DNA from: Elusimicrobiota bacterium
GTDB taxonomy: Bacteria; CG03; SLGR01; JBDRKX01
NCBI GenBank assembly: GCA_043813605.1
Contig: JBDRKX010000128.1
Location: forward strand, 1-47,307
Direction of reading: 5' to 3'
DNA length: 47,307 nt
In this document: piece after piece, positions 30,512 to 40,294 of the stretch
Layout: every line of letters begins with the position of its first letter
How positions within the stretch are numbered: position 1 is the stretch's first letter
Translations under genes and position numbers: made by a program
Notes under the pieces: generated by a model
Databases searched by the model: none
What the model was told of the DNA's origin: nothing
What the model saw: only the letters and a program-made list of their open reading frames with translations

Positions 30512-32228
30512 ACGCCTGGAAATAGCCGGCATGGTTATATCTACAGGTATAGCTATAGGAAAAGTATATATATTAAAACAGATAGATCTTGATGCTGTAG
30601 CAGGAAATAAGTTCCCTCTGGAAGATATTATAGAAGAACAGAAAAGACTTGAGAAAGCGGTGAGCGAAACCAGATCTCAGTTAATTAAGATACAGAGTCA
30701 AATCACGAATAAAACGAATCAGAATATTGGCAATATTTTCAATGCGCACATAAGTTTTCTGGAAGATAAATATTTTTTAAAAGAAATTATAGATGTCTTA
30801 ATTAAAGAAGAAGTTAATGTGGAATACATAGTTGCTAACCAGATAAAAAAACTGCAAGATAAATTTTCTAATATTGAACAGGAAATGACCCGGGAACGTT
30901 TTATAGATATTCAGGATGTATATCACCGCCTATTGAGAAATCTTTTAGAAATAGAACATGTGAGAACCAATCTCTTAAAAAGAATAGACGAACCTGTTAT
31001 TATTGTTGCAGAAAAATTGATACCGTCAGATATTGCCCTGTTTGACCCTGATAAGATTCTTGGGATTATTATTGAAGAGGGGAGTACAACTTCACATGTG
31101 TCAATAATTTCAAGATCATTGGGAGTCCCGTCTATAATAAAATTGCCGGGAATAAGTACGATTGTAAACAGCAAAGATACAATTATTATTGATGCTTATA
31201 GTAGCAAGGTTATAATAAATCCGGCAAGTGATGAAATAAAATATTATCATAAAAAAAGAGAAGAGCAAGAAATAATAACCAAGCAGAAACTTCAATCCCC
31301 GCAAAAATATGATTGTAAGACAAAAGATGGCGTAGAGATAAGACTTGATGCGAACGTGTCATCCGTGCAGGAAGCAAAACTTGCATTTTTATATGGGGCC
31401 AATAGCATAGGATTGCTGCGTACAGAATTTTTTTATATGTCTTTACAGCAATTACCTGAATTGAAAGCGGAACTCGAATTTTATCAGCAAATCATAAATG
31501 AGTTTAAAAATCGTACTGTTACAGTCAGGTTGCTTGATTTAGGCACTGAAAAAACACCCTCATATTTAAGAGTTCCTCTTGAAGAAAATCCCCAACTAGG
31601 TTGCCGGGGAATAAGATATTTACTGAAATTTCAAGAAATACTGAAGCGACAGCTGGATAGTATTATTATGGCCAGTGAATTTGGTAAAGTTAAAATATTA
31701 TTGCCTTTTATTACAATTGTTGAAGATTTGGAAGAAACACTGGAAATAATAAACGATTTATGCGAAAAGAACAAATGTCTCAGGGATAACATCAGTATCG
31801 GAATAATGGTTGAAACGCCATCGGTAGCTTTAGATATTGAATCATTTATAGATAAAATAGATTTTATCAGTATCGGCACAAATGATTTGACTCAATATAT
31901 TTTTGCTGCCAGCCGGGAAGAACCGACTATGGAAAATTATCGACAAGCGGTACATCCGGTTATATTACGACTGATAAAAAACATTGTTATGAGTGCAGAA
32001 ATCCACCAGAAAGAAGTATCAGTTTGCGGAGAAATCGCTTCTGATCCGATTTCTGCCTGTCTTTTAATCGGATTAGGAGTGCGTATCTTATCTATGCAGC
32101 CGGAATCCATCCCTCTGGTTAAAGAAGAATTAGAAAAACATACAATTAATGAATTGGTTAATGCGGCTGGGAAAGCCATCAATTATAAAAATGCAAAGGA
32201 AGTAATGAATGAGTTGTCTAAAATATGA
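30489..32228 (+). CDS. ptsI: PEP-protein phosphotransferase (PTS Enzyme I)
   Basis: GSTTSHVSI phospho-His, GLLRTEF, ENPQLGCRGIR, SIGTNDLTQY, SVCGE; no N-terminal GAF. Confidence 0.92.
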   Translation: MDKITKGKRLEIAGMVISTGIAIGKVYILKQIDLDAVAGNKFPLEDIIEEQKRLEKAVSETRSQLIKIQSQITNKTNQNIGNIFNAHISFLEDKYFLKEIIDVLIKEEVNVEYIVANQIKKLQDKFSNIEQEMTRERFIDIQDVYHRLLRNLLEIEHVRTNLLKRIDEPVIIVAEKLIPSDIALFDPDKILGIIIEEGSTTSHVSIISRSLGVPSIIKLPGISTIVNSKDTIIIDAYSSKVIINPASDEIKYYHKKREEQEIITKQKLQSPQKYDCKTKDGVEIRLDANVSSVQEAKLAFLYGANSIGLLRTEFFYMSLQQLPELKAELEFYQQIINEFKNRTVTVRLLDLGTEKTPSYLRVPLEENPQLGCRGIRYLLKFQEILKRQLDSIIMASEFGKVKILLPFITIVEDLEETLEIINDLCEKNKCLRDNISIGIMVETPSVALDIESFIDKIDFISIGTNDLTQYIFAASREEPTMENYRQAVHPVILRLIKNIVMSAEIHQKEVSVCGEIASDPISACLLIGLGVRILSMQPESIPLVKEELEKHTINELVNAAGKAINYKNAKEVMNELSKI

Positions 32229-33160
32229 CTAACAGGCGTATACTAATTATTGATGATGAACAGACTATTATTGATTTATTAGAAGTGAATCTGAAAAATT
32301 CCGGGTATGATGTGTTTTCTTCAACAGATGGATTAAATGTTGTAGAAAAAGTTGAAGAGACCAACCCCGATTTAGTTATATTAGATTTAATGCTGCCAGG
32401 AATAAGCGGGTACGAAATATGCAGTAAACTAAAAGAAAAAGAAGAAACCTCTTTCATACCGATATTGATACTATCAGCGAAAGATAAGCCGCTGGATAAA
32501 ATAAAAGGGTTGAAATTAGGGGCAGATGAATATGTCACTAAACCTTTTGATGTAGATGAAGTGATTACAAGAATTGATACTCTTTTAAAACGAACAGAAC
32601 ATTTTTTATCGGTTAATCCACTGACGCATTTACCGGGCAATACCAGCATCATGTACGAAGCTACCAAACGGCTAAGGACAGAAAAAGGGTTTGCTTTCAG
32701 TTACGCGGATATTAACAATTTTAAGGCTTTTAATGATAAGTATGGCTTTGATCTTGGAGATATGATTATTAAATTCACTGCAAGGATTTTACATGACAAT
32801 ATAAATAAGAGCGACTTCATAGGCCATATCGGCGGCGATGATTTTATTATTATCTGCAGCCATGAAAAAGTAGAAGATATTTGTCAAAATATTATTGACG
32901 AGTTTGATACTAAAATACCTGATTATTATGAGAACGATGATAAAAATAATGGATATATTATATCGCAGGATAGAGCAGGCAATACTCAGAAATTTCCAAT
33001 AATGACATTATCAATAGGCGTTGTTATGGTTGACAGAAAAAGAATGGAACATTATGGAAATATTGTAGATATAGCGACTCAAATGAAAAAATATGCGAAA
33101 TTAAACGGTCCGGTAGATAGAAGTTATTATGCAATAGACAAGAGAAACGGAGTGAAATAA
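32225..33160 (+). CDS. Receiver-GGDEF diguanylate cyclase
   Basis: Receiver (LIIDDE, ILDLMLP, KPFD), NPLTHLPGN, DINNFKAFNDKYG, GHIGGDDF. Confidence 0.93.
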   Translation: MTNRRILIIDDEQTIIDLLEVNLKNSGYDVFSSTDGLNVVEKVEETNPDLVILDLMLPGISGYEICSKLKEKEETSFIPILILSAKDKPLDKIKGLKLGADEYVTKPFDVDEVITRIDTLLKRTEHFLSVNPLTHLPGNTSIMYEATKRLRTEKGFAFSYADINNFKAFNDKYGFDLGDMIIKFTARILHDNINKSDFIGHIGGDDFIIICSHEKVEDICQNIIDEFDTKIPDYYENDDKNNGYIISQDRAGNTQKFPIMTLSIGVVMVDRKRMEHYGNIVDIATQMKKYAKLNGPVDRSYYAIDKRNGVK

Positions 33161-33175
33161 TAAGGAATAAATTCA

Positions 33176-33348
33176 ATGGATAATAAACCTGAATTCAAAG
33201 TAAGAAGGGCAGGCGGATATTCGCATAATGTTGTGCCTATTATTGATAAGACAGGAAAGGTAATAAGCCATGCGGTAAAACCATTGATGGTAGAACTCAG
33301 GATCAGAGAATAATTGTCGGCGCATCTATCCTTGCTGTTCCGGCGGCC
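33176..33348 (+). pseudogene. Truncated, frameshifted DUF2391-like membrane protein 5' fragment
   Basis: MDNKPEFKVRRAGGYSHNVVPIIDKTGKVISHAVKPLMVELR then, in another frame, IIVGASILAVPA; family recalled from memory. Confidence 0.55.
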
Positions 33349-33403
33349 CGAGCAGAGCGGTAGCGATATTATATAGAAAAATCTTAAAGGAGGAATACCA
33401 AAT

Positions 33404-34150
33404 ATGAGAATAAAAGGTAACACAATTTTAATAACAGGCGGCGCGACAGGAATCGGATTTGCCCTGGCGGAGCATTTTATCAATGCGGGAAATGAAGTTG
33501 TCATCTGCGGCAGGCGCGCGGATAAACTGAGCGAAGCAAAAGAAAAACTTCCCAAAGTCCACATTAAGGTATGTGATGTAAGCAAAGACGATGAGCGTAA
33601 AGAGCTTATCGACTGGACAAACAAAAAATTCCCGGCATTTAATATTCTTGTGAATAATGCGGGTATTCAGAAGATGATCTTTATGAAGCAGGAGAACTCA
33701 ACGGAAAGGATCAGCAGCGAAGTTATCACTAATCTCATTGCCCCGGTTCATCTGACAAATCTTGCAGTGAGCAGTTTATCAAAACAAAAAGAGGCGGCAG
33801 TAGTAAATATAACATCCGGGCTTGCATTTATTCCTTTGGCGATCGCGCCCGTGTACTGCGCAACAAAAGCAGCTTTACATTCGTTCTGTCTTTCAACAAG
33901 GCATCAGTTAAAAGATACCCCGATCAAAATATTTGAAATTATCCCGCCTATAGTGGAAACAGAATTGGGCCGTGATGATTCAAGGAGCGACCGTGAAGTA
34001 CACGGTATCCAGCCATCTGAAGTAGCGACAGAGACTTTAAAAGCTCTTGCTGAAGATAATTATGAAGCGGCAGTTGGAGAAGCTGTTAATCTGTATAACG
34101 CTGCCCATAGTGATAAAGAAAAGTTTGTATTTGGAAGGATTAATGATTAA
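33404..34150 (+). CDS. Short-chain dehydrogenase (DltE-like SDR)
   Basis: TGGATGIG, NNAG, YCATK; AAGGAGG RBS. Confidence 0.93.
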   Translation: MRIKGNTILITGGATGIGFALAEHFINAGNEVVICGRRADKLSEAKEKLPKVHIKVCDVSKDDERKELIDWTNKKFPAFNILVNNAGIQKMIFMKQENSTERISSEVITNLIAPVHLTNLAVSSLSKQKEAAVVNITSGLAFIPLAIAPVYCATKAALHSFCLSTRHQLKDTPIKIFEIIPPIVETELGRDDSRSDREVHGIQPSEVATETLKALAEDNYEAAVGEAVNLYNAAHSDKEKFVFGRIND

Positions 34151-34171
34151 TTGCTTTTTATACGATAAAGG

Positions 34172-34825
34172 ATGAAAAACAAAATAGTTCCATTATCAGT
34201 AATAGAGCTGTCTTCACCCAAACTTGAAGGCGGAAAAACAGTATTAAAAGCGCTGCAGCAAAGAAAAACTATCCGCGAGATAAGTGATAAGAAACTTTCT
34301 TTACGGGTGCTTTCAGCTTTGCTTTGGGCGGCGGGTGGAGTAAACCGTAAGAAAGGGCCGTTTGGAATCTCCGGAAGGACTGCCGCATCAGCAAGCAACT
34401 CGCAGGAAATCGACATTTATACAGCCCTTCCAGAGGGTATCTATCTATATAGCGCAGCCGGGCATAGGCTGCTCCCGGTTATCGGCGGCGACTTCCGGAA
34501 ATTAATGATCAGCGCGCGCCAGCCCGGGTTTGCCTGGCAAGCCCCGGTCCATCTCCTGTACGTCGCAGATATTGATAAACTTTCAAATACATCCGGTTTC
34601 CAGGAACCCGGACTGAAGGATCCTGAAATTCAAAAATCATATTATTATGCAGATACCGGCCTCATCGCGGGCAATGTTTCTCTGTTTGCGGCTTCTCAAG
34701 GTCTGGCATCCTGGTTCCACAATTGCAATAGATCCGCTCTTACGGAAAAATTAAAATTGCGCGTTGACCAAAGGGTACTTTTTGCTCAGACAGTCGGATA
34801 CGCTGTTCGAAAATCCATAAAGTAG
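34172..34825 (+). CDS. Nitroreductase-family (SagB-like) protein
   Basis: ALQQRKTIRE, LLWAAGGVNR, RTAASASN, DTGLIAGNV. Confidence 0.85.
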   Translation: MKNKIVPLSVIELSSPKLEGGKTVLKALQQRKTIREISDKKLSLRVLSALLWAAGGVNRKKGPFGISGRTAASASNSQEIDIYTALPEGIYLYSAAGHRLLPVIGGDFRKLMISARQPGFAWQAPVHLLYVADIDKLSNTSGFQEPGLKDPEIQKSYYYADTGLIAGNVSLFAASQGLASWFHNCNRSALTEKLKLRVDQRVLFAQTVGYAVRKSIK

Positions 34826-34851
34826 AGCGGGGGCGGGTTTACAGCTTCTGT

Positions 34852-36267
34852 ATGAGAACCGATAATAATTTAACAGAGGGCTCGATCTGGAGATCACTGA
34901 TAGCTCTATCTATCCCTATCATATTTGCCAATTTGCTGCATACCGCCTATCAATTGACCGATACGTTTTGGGTCGGAAGATTGGGGACAGCTGCAGTAGC
35001 AGCGGTGTCTATTAGCTTTCCGGTTATATTCCTTATCGTCTCATTGGGTGGCGGATTGGCAATGGCCGGAACGATTTTAGTCGCCCAGTATAAAGGAGAA
35101 AATAACACAAAAGCTACCAACCATATAACTGCGCAAACGTTGTTGATGACGGTTATCGTCTCTGTAATTCTATCCGCAGCCGGCTATTTATTATCCCCGT
35201 CCCTTGTCAAATTGATGGGTACTGAACAGAGCGTTTTCCTGAGCGCTGTTTCGTATATGAAAATCTCTTTTATTGGAATGACATTTATGTTTACCTATAT
35301 GGTTTTCCAATCTTTAATGCGCGGCGTTGGAGATGTGAAAACTCCTATGTATATTGTTTTGGGAACAGTCCTGTTAAATCTTGTTCTTGATCCATTATTT
35401 ATATTCGGTTACGGGTTTCTGCCGGCATTGGGAGTCGCGGGGGCGGCGGCTGCAACAATCGGTACCCAGGGCTTAGCAGCACTGATCGGACTGATTCTGT
35501 TATTGAGAGGAAAACATCAATTGCGGATTCACGTAAGTGATTTGAAACCGGATTTTTCTCTCATCAAGAAGATGTTCTTTCTCGGTTTTCCCGCATCAGT
35601 TGAACAATCGGCAAGAGCACTGGGAATGACCGTAATGACTTTTTTAGTCGCGGCATTAGGCACTCTTGCCTTAGCGGCCTATGGTATCGGAATCAGAATA
35701 TTAGGTTTTATTCTCATTCCGGCAATGGGATTATCCATGGCCACAGCAACGTTAGTGGGCCAGAATATCGGCGCAGGAAAAATAGAGAGAGCGGAAAAGA
35801 TAGTCAAATTGAGTTCTATATCCGGTTTTATCGTTTTAACAATAGCCGGCGCTATCACATTCTTATTTGCAAAACAGATATCCACGATTTTCATACCGGG
35901 AGAAATAGAAACTATAAAGGCAAGCGCAATGTTCCTGAAGATCATGGCATTCAGCTTTGGTTTTATTGGAATCCAGCAGGTTATTAACGGAGCATTCAGA
36001 GCGTCAGGAAATACAATGGTTTCAATGGTGCTGGCTGTTGTCTCATTATGGGCACTGCGGTTTCCGTTAGCTTATATCCTGTCACAGCATACGCCGCTGG
36101 CAGAAACAGGTCTATGGGCGGCATTCCCTATCGCCAACATCATTGCCGCAATCATCACGATTATCTGGTTTGCCAAAGGAACGTGGAAACAAAGAAGGAT
36201 CACTGAAGAGATAAGATTAACAGAGGAAATAACGAAAGAAACAATAATTGAAGAAGGTATGAATTAA
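34852..36267 (+). CDS. MATE family efflux transporter
   Basis: LTEGSI, DTFWVGRLG, RGVGD, NLVLDPLFIFG, GQNIGAG. Confidence 0.95.
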   Translation: MRTDNNLTEGSIWRSLIALSIPIIFANLLHTAYQLTDTFWVGRLGTAAVAAVSISFPVIFLIVSLGGGLAMAGTILVAQYKGENNTKATNHITAQTLLMTVIVSVILSAAGYLLSPSLVKLMGTEQSVFLSAVSYMKISFIGMTFMFTYMVFQSLMRGVGDVKTPMYIVLGTVLLNLVLDPLFIFGYGFLPALGVAGAAAATIGTQGLAALIGLILLLRGKHQLRIHVSDLKPDFSLIKKMFFLGFPASVEQSARALGMTVMTFLVAALGTLALAAYGIGIRILGFILIPAMGLSMATATLVGQNIGAGKIERAEKIVKLSSISGFIVLTIAGAITFLFAKQISTIFIPGEIETIKASAMFLKIMAFSFGFIGIQQVINGAFRASGNTMVSMVLAVVSLWALRFPLAYILSQHTPLAETGLWAAFPIANIIAAIITIIWFAKGTWKQRRITEEIRLTEEITKETIIEEGMN

Positions 36268-36719
36268 TTTAAACTATTAGGCTTGATAAAAAAGAGTTAA
36301 AAAAGCAATATAAACCGGTTACTATTATACAGAAGATCTAAAGGTTTTTGAAAAACTAGAGTAGTATGATGATAAAGAATTCAATAGGCGCTAAGTGAGG
36401 AAGCAGCTGGATGAAAAGGGGAATGATCCCGGCAAATTAAAAAAGACGGTGAATTGAATTGCCGAAAGAATTTATGGAAATGGATGGCGGGAAGGATTTT
36501 CATTGGGATGAGGGGCGCACCGTAAAGGTAATAATATTTATTTCTCTTATCCTATCTAAAAGCGGTAAAAACAGCCGAACTTAATTCCTTGCTTGTTGCC
36601 GATATGCCGTCAGGAAGCGTTAATGTAAATGATACTGAAGCGGTTAATCCAATAAATGTTTCATAGCATATAAATTGCTTAATAATCGCTGGATTATGTT
36701 TTTAAATCGGAACATTATT

Positions 36720-36768
36720 GATTATGAAGCGATTTTGTATTATAATCATATCAGATTATGAAGCGATT
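36720..36768 (+). promoter_or_regulatory. 15-bp direct repeat pair around a TATAAT box upstream of the Fic gene
   Basis: GATTATGAAGCGATT at 36720-36734 and 36754-36768, TATAAT at 36741-36746, followed by AGGAGG. Confidence 0.6.
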
Positions 36769-36780
36769 AGGAGGTCGGGT

Positions 36781-37899
36781 ATGAGCTACATATGGGAATC
36801 AAAAGCTTGGCCGGATTTTAAATGGCAGAATGACAGGTTAATCAATATCTTGAGCCGGGCACGACTGATGCAGGGAAAACTGTTGAGCAAAATCTCTGCC
36901 CTTGGGCTTGACCATAACCAGGAATCAAGATCTGTGATCCTGGTTGAAGAAATGATCAAAACAGCGGCTATAGAAGGGGTGAGGCTTGATAAAGAAGCTG
37001 TAAGGTCGTCTGTAGCAAGAAGACTGGGTTTACCGACCGCAGGCTTAAAGCAGCCGGATAGAAATGCAGAAGGTTTAATCGATATGATTCTTGATGCAAC
37101 TGTGAATTATAATAAGGTTCTCACATTAAACCGGATAAAATCCTGGCAGGCAGCTTTATTTCCAACGGGATATTCCGGCTTAACAAAGATCAATGTCGGA
37201 AAATGGCGCAGTAAAGATCCAATGCAGGTTGTATCCGGACCTATGACCAAGGGAAAAGTCCATTATGAAGCTCCCCCCAGTAATAAGGTTCAATCGGAAA
37301 TGACTCTTTTTTTAGATTGGTGGAAGAAAAAAAAGGATCTGGACGGATTGCTCCGCGCAGGAATTACACATATTCATTTTGTATCAATACATCCGTTTGA
37401 AGACGGTAACGGGAGGATTGCCCGAGCACTTACTGATATGGCGCTGGCTCAGGATGAGAATCTGGACAAAAGATACTACTCTCTTTCCAGCAGAATCATG
37501 GCTGAAAGAAAGGAATACTACGATATACTGGAAAAGAGCCAAAAGGGATCCCTTGATATAACAGACTGGCTGCAGTGGTTTCTTGAATGCTTTATACATG
37601 CAATAGAAGACTCGAAAGAGGCTATATTAAAAGTAATGCAGAAATCACTTTTCTGGCAGAAGCATGCGCAGACAATATTTAACAAAAACCAGCAAAAGGT
37701 AATAAATCGCTTATTGGATGCAGGCGAAGACAGTTTCAAGGGAGGATTAAGTACAAGAAAATATGTCGGGATGACAAAAGTAAGCAGGGCAACAGCTTAC
37801 CGGGATATATCTGATTTAGTAGAAAAAAAGGTCTTAAAACAGAACAAGACTAAAGGTAGAAACGTATCATATGAACTGATTTTCCCTTCAGTTGAATAG
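36781..37899 (+). CDS. Fic family protein (DUF4172-Fic-wHTH)
   Basis: YIWESKAWPDF N-terminus, HPFEDGNGRIAR, C-terminal SRATAYRDI HTH; AGGAGG RBS before ATG 36781. Confidence 0.93.
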   Translation: MSYIWESKAWPDFKWQNDRLINILSRARLMQGKLLSKISALGLDHNQESRSVILVEEMIKTAAIEGVRLDKEAVRSSVARRLGLPTAGLKQPDRNAEGLIDMILDATVNYNKVLTLNRIKSWQAALFPTGYSGLTKINVGKWRSKDPMQVVSGPMTKGKVHYEAPPSNKVQSEMTLFLDWWKKKKDLDGLLRAGITHIHFVSIHPFEDGNGRIARALTDMALAQDENLDKRYYSLSSRIMAERKEYYDILEKSQKGSLDITDWLQWFLECFIHAIEDSKEAILKVMQKSLFWQKHAQTIFNKNQQKVINRLLDAGEDSFKGGLSTRKYVGMTKVSRATAYRDISDLVEKKVLKQNKTKGRNVSYELIFPSVE

Positions 37900-37940
37900 T
37901 ATTTTACTGCATCAATTTCAGAGGGAGCTTAAGAATTTAA

Positions 37941-38104
37941 GTGGCCAGCGAGCCGCCGTCCCGTGCCCTATATAAATCATAGACAGAGGAAAAACGGATG
38001 CTCTGCCTGTACCCTTTAGGGTAAGCTGTCGTGAGTTGGAACGGGTTGGAGTAGACTCGATGTATATTTATATATACAATCCATGTCCGTTCGCTACTGG
38101 TTGG
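37941..38104. ncRNA. Candidate structured non-coding element
   Basis: GC-richer non-coding island; ends pair (GGCCAGCGAGC with GTTCGCTACTGGTT); internal hairpins TACCC-TTTA-GGGTA and TGTATAT-TTAT-ATATACA. Confidence 0.3.
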
Positions 38105-38221
38105 TTGTTTCCTTCTTTTGTAATATAATTAAAATTATAATTGAATAGTTGACATACTTATAAATATGGAAGATATTTTCAATTTATCCGTCTAAATATA
38201 TAGAATGAACAAGAGTTACAT

Positions 38222-38395
38222 ATGAAAAACGGTTTAAGGAGATCAGGGATCGATATCATCGGTGAAGTGCCGTGGGGTACACATCTATGCCAGTTCTACC
38301 GGACAAAACAGGATCTGATTGAAATCCTGGTACCGTATTTTAAGCAGGGGCTGGAGAACAACGAATTCTGCATGTGGATTACTTCCAATCCTTTG
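38222..38395 (+). pseudogene. 5' fragment of a MEDS-domain sensor gene, cut by an IS remnant
   Basis: LRRSGIDIIGEVPWGTHLCQFYRTKQDL...GLENNEFCMWITSNPL is the typical MEDS N-terminus; similarity stops at about 38395. Confidence 0.85.
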
Positions 38396-38676
38396 ATTCG
38401 ATTCCGCACCGTTTCGATATACTGGAGATATTGTTTCTCCGTCATATCGAAGTATTTTATTACTGTCCGCTTGTTTAACCCGGTTATGCGGATAATGTCA
38501 GATTTGCTGAAACCACGCTTTTTGAAGTTCTGTATTCTCTGATACATGATTTTGTTAACCATAGTACGCTCCTTATGATATTTATGTATTTCAATATCAT
38601 TGGAGTGTACTTTTTTCCTTCAAAGTGGTGCACTTTTATTTTCCGCGGCAGGTGCATTTTTTGTTTTCCGTTTACA
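38393..38676 (-). mobile_element. istA: Truncated IS21-family element: left end plus 5' fragment of istA
   Basis: Minus strand begins TGTAAACGG; two tandem end-repeats (GGTGCACTTTTATTTTCCG 38627-38645, GGTGCATTTTTTGTTTTCCG 38651-38670); ORF from 38562 MYQRIQNFKKRGFSKSDIIRITGLNKRTVIKY is an IstA-type HTH. Confidence 0.8.
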
Positions 38677-38793
38677 TGAGTACCCCCGTACTATGAAAGA
38701 CTGGCGGGAACATGCCCGGAAGACCTTGCCCAGATAGATAGACAAAGTATTGACCAGCTGAAGCCGGGTGAGAAATACTCAATAGAGTACCGG

Positions 38794-40092
38794 ATGAGAA
38801 AGAAAGACGGAGAATACATGACTTGGCTGGACCAGATAATGGTGATCAGTGATGAAAAAACAGGCAAGCCGCTGAAATTTATAGGTGCGGCAACCGATAT
38901 CACCGAGCGCAAGAAGGCGGAGGCTGCAATATATAGAGAGAAACTGTTGAGCGATTCTATTGTAGCCAATACGCCTGCCGGGATCGCCTTTCTGGATAAT
39001 GATTTTATCTTACGCAAATACAATAACATCTATGCTGACCTCATTCGGATCTGTACGCCGTACACTCCGGAGCAAGCCATGGGGATGTCTTACTTCGATT
39101 ATGCATCTGGCAGCCGGCCACAAGTAGAGGAATGGTTCCTGAAGGTAAAAGACACCAAACAAGTTGATACTAGATATGGGTTCAAGCTGGTACTCAAGCA
39201 CGACGGGCAGGAGAAAATCACCTACTGGGATACCAGTGTGGCTCCGGTACTGGACACAGAGGGAAAGACAAAAGGCATTCTAATACTTACCCAGGATGTC
39301 ACAGAGCACAAGAAGGCGGAAGAAAAATATGAAATATTATTTGAAACTTCGCGGGATGAAATTATGACTTTGAACCCGCTGGACTGGCTGTTTACTTCAG
39401 GAAACATAGCAGCTATTGAAATGTTTGGAGCTAAAGATGAAACAGAATTTGTATCTATGGCTCCGTGGCAGTATTCCCCTGAATTTCAGTTGGATGGACA
39501 ATTATCAGTAGATAAAGCTAAAGAAATGATAATAAAAGCAATGAAAACCGGTTCAAACTATTTTGAATGGACCCATAAAAAACTTGACGGTACAGAGTTC
39601 CAGGCATCGGTCTTGTTAACGAAAGTGATAATCAATGATAAAGCATTCCTTCAGGCAACAGTCCGTGACATCACCGAGCGCAAGAAGGCGGAAGAAGATA
39701 TTAACAACAAGAACATCGCGTTAAAAGAGCTCCTGGAACAAATAAGTTCTGAAAAGCAGAAGATAAGGGATGATATCTGCCGGGAAATGGAGCGGGAAAT
39801 AATCCCGCTCATAAAAGATATAAAGACGAAAAAGTATAATAAACTCAAAGATATGATAGTAGATAAGATAAATGTAATATCTGCAGGTGTTGTTCCGTCG
39901 CTGCATTATAAAAGAGAACTGCTCACGAAAAGGGAACGGGAAATATCTGATCTCATCAAGAGGGGTCTCAAGTCAAAGGAGATAGCTTCCAATCTCGGCA
40001 TCGCCAAAACTACCGTTGATAACATAAGAAAGAATATCCGCAAGAAACTGGGTGCCAAAAAAGGGGAGTTTTTGAATACGATGTTGGAATAG
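38794..40092 (+). CDS. PAS/PAC-domain LuxR-type regulator; 3' remainder of the interrupted MEDS gene
   Basis: Three DITERK-type PAC ends; C-terminal LTKREREI...GLKSKEIA...IRKKLG HTH; PAS-like sequence continues upstream to about 38680. Confidence 0.8.
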   Translation: MRKKDGEYMTWLDQIMVISDEKTGKPLKFIGAATDITERKKAEAAIYREKLLSDSIVANTPAGIAFLDNDFILRKYNNIYADLIRICTPYTPEQAMGMSYFDYASGSRPQVEEWFLKVKDTKQVDTRYGFKLVLKHDGQEKITYWDTSVAPVLDTEGKTKGILILTQDVTEHKKAEEKYEILFETSRDEIMTLNPLDWLFTSGNIAAIEMFGAKDETEFVSMAPWQYSPEFQLDGQLSVDKAKEMIIKAMKTGSNYFEWTHKKLDGTEFQASVLLTKVIINDKAFLQATVRDITERKKAEEDINNKNIALKELLEQISSEKQKIRDDICREMEREIIPLIKDIKTKKYNKLKDMIVDKINVISAGVVPSLHYKRELLTKREREISDLIKRGLKSKEIASNLGIAKTTVDNIRKNIRKKLGAKKGEFLNTMLE

Positions 40093-40248
40093 GAGCAGTA
40101 GCTCCGTATCTCGTGAAGCGTCGGGTCGCAGTAGCTCCCGTGAAGCGTGTAGCGGCTTACGCCGCAGTGAAGCGGTTCGTGAAGCGTAGTTCGTGAAGAG
40201 TAACAAAAACGAAATACGAGAGACGAGATACGAATTGGCGTGAAGCGG
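40092..40248. repeat. Modular GTGAAGCG/hairpin repeat array A
   Basis: GTGAAG at 40113, 40140, 40167, 40179, 40193, 40240; hairpins GGAGC-AGTA-GCTCC and GCGGC-TTAC-GCCGC; CGTATCTCGT (40105) is inverted at ACGAGATACG (40223). Confidence 0.9.
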
Positions 40249-40294
40249 CGGGTAGTGAGGAGGGAGAGTCTTCACTCTTTCATTGCGGCGAAAG

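Noticed and set aside
37941..38104. 6S RNA, c-di-GMP riboswitch or group II intron domain V
   Set aside because: Diagnostic consensus motifs not recognised; retained only as an unassigned structured element
38222..38542. 106-aa ORF as an intact gene
   Set aside because: Chimera of the MEDS N-terminus and antisense IS21 sequence
38899..39692. Repeated ATCACCGAGCGCAAGAAGGCGGA
   Set aside because: Explained by the conserved DITERK ends of tandem PAC domains
39973..40275. 100-aa minus-strand ORF across repeat array A
   Set aside because: Product of the repeats and the antisense strand of the LuxR gene
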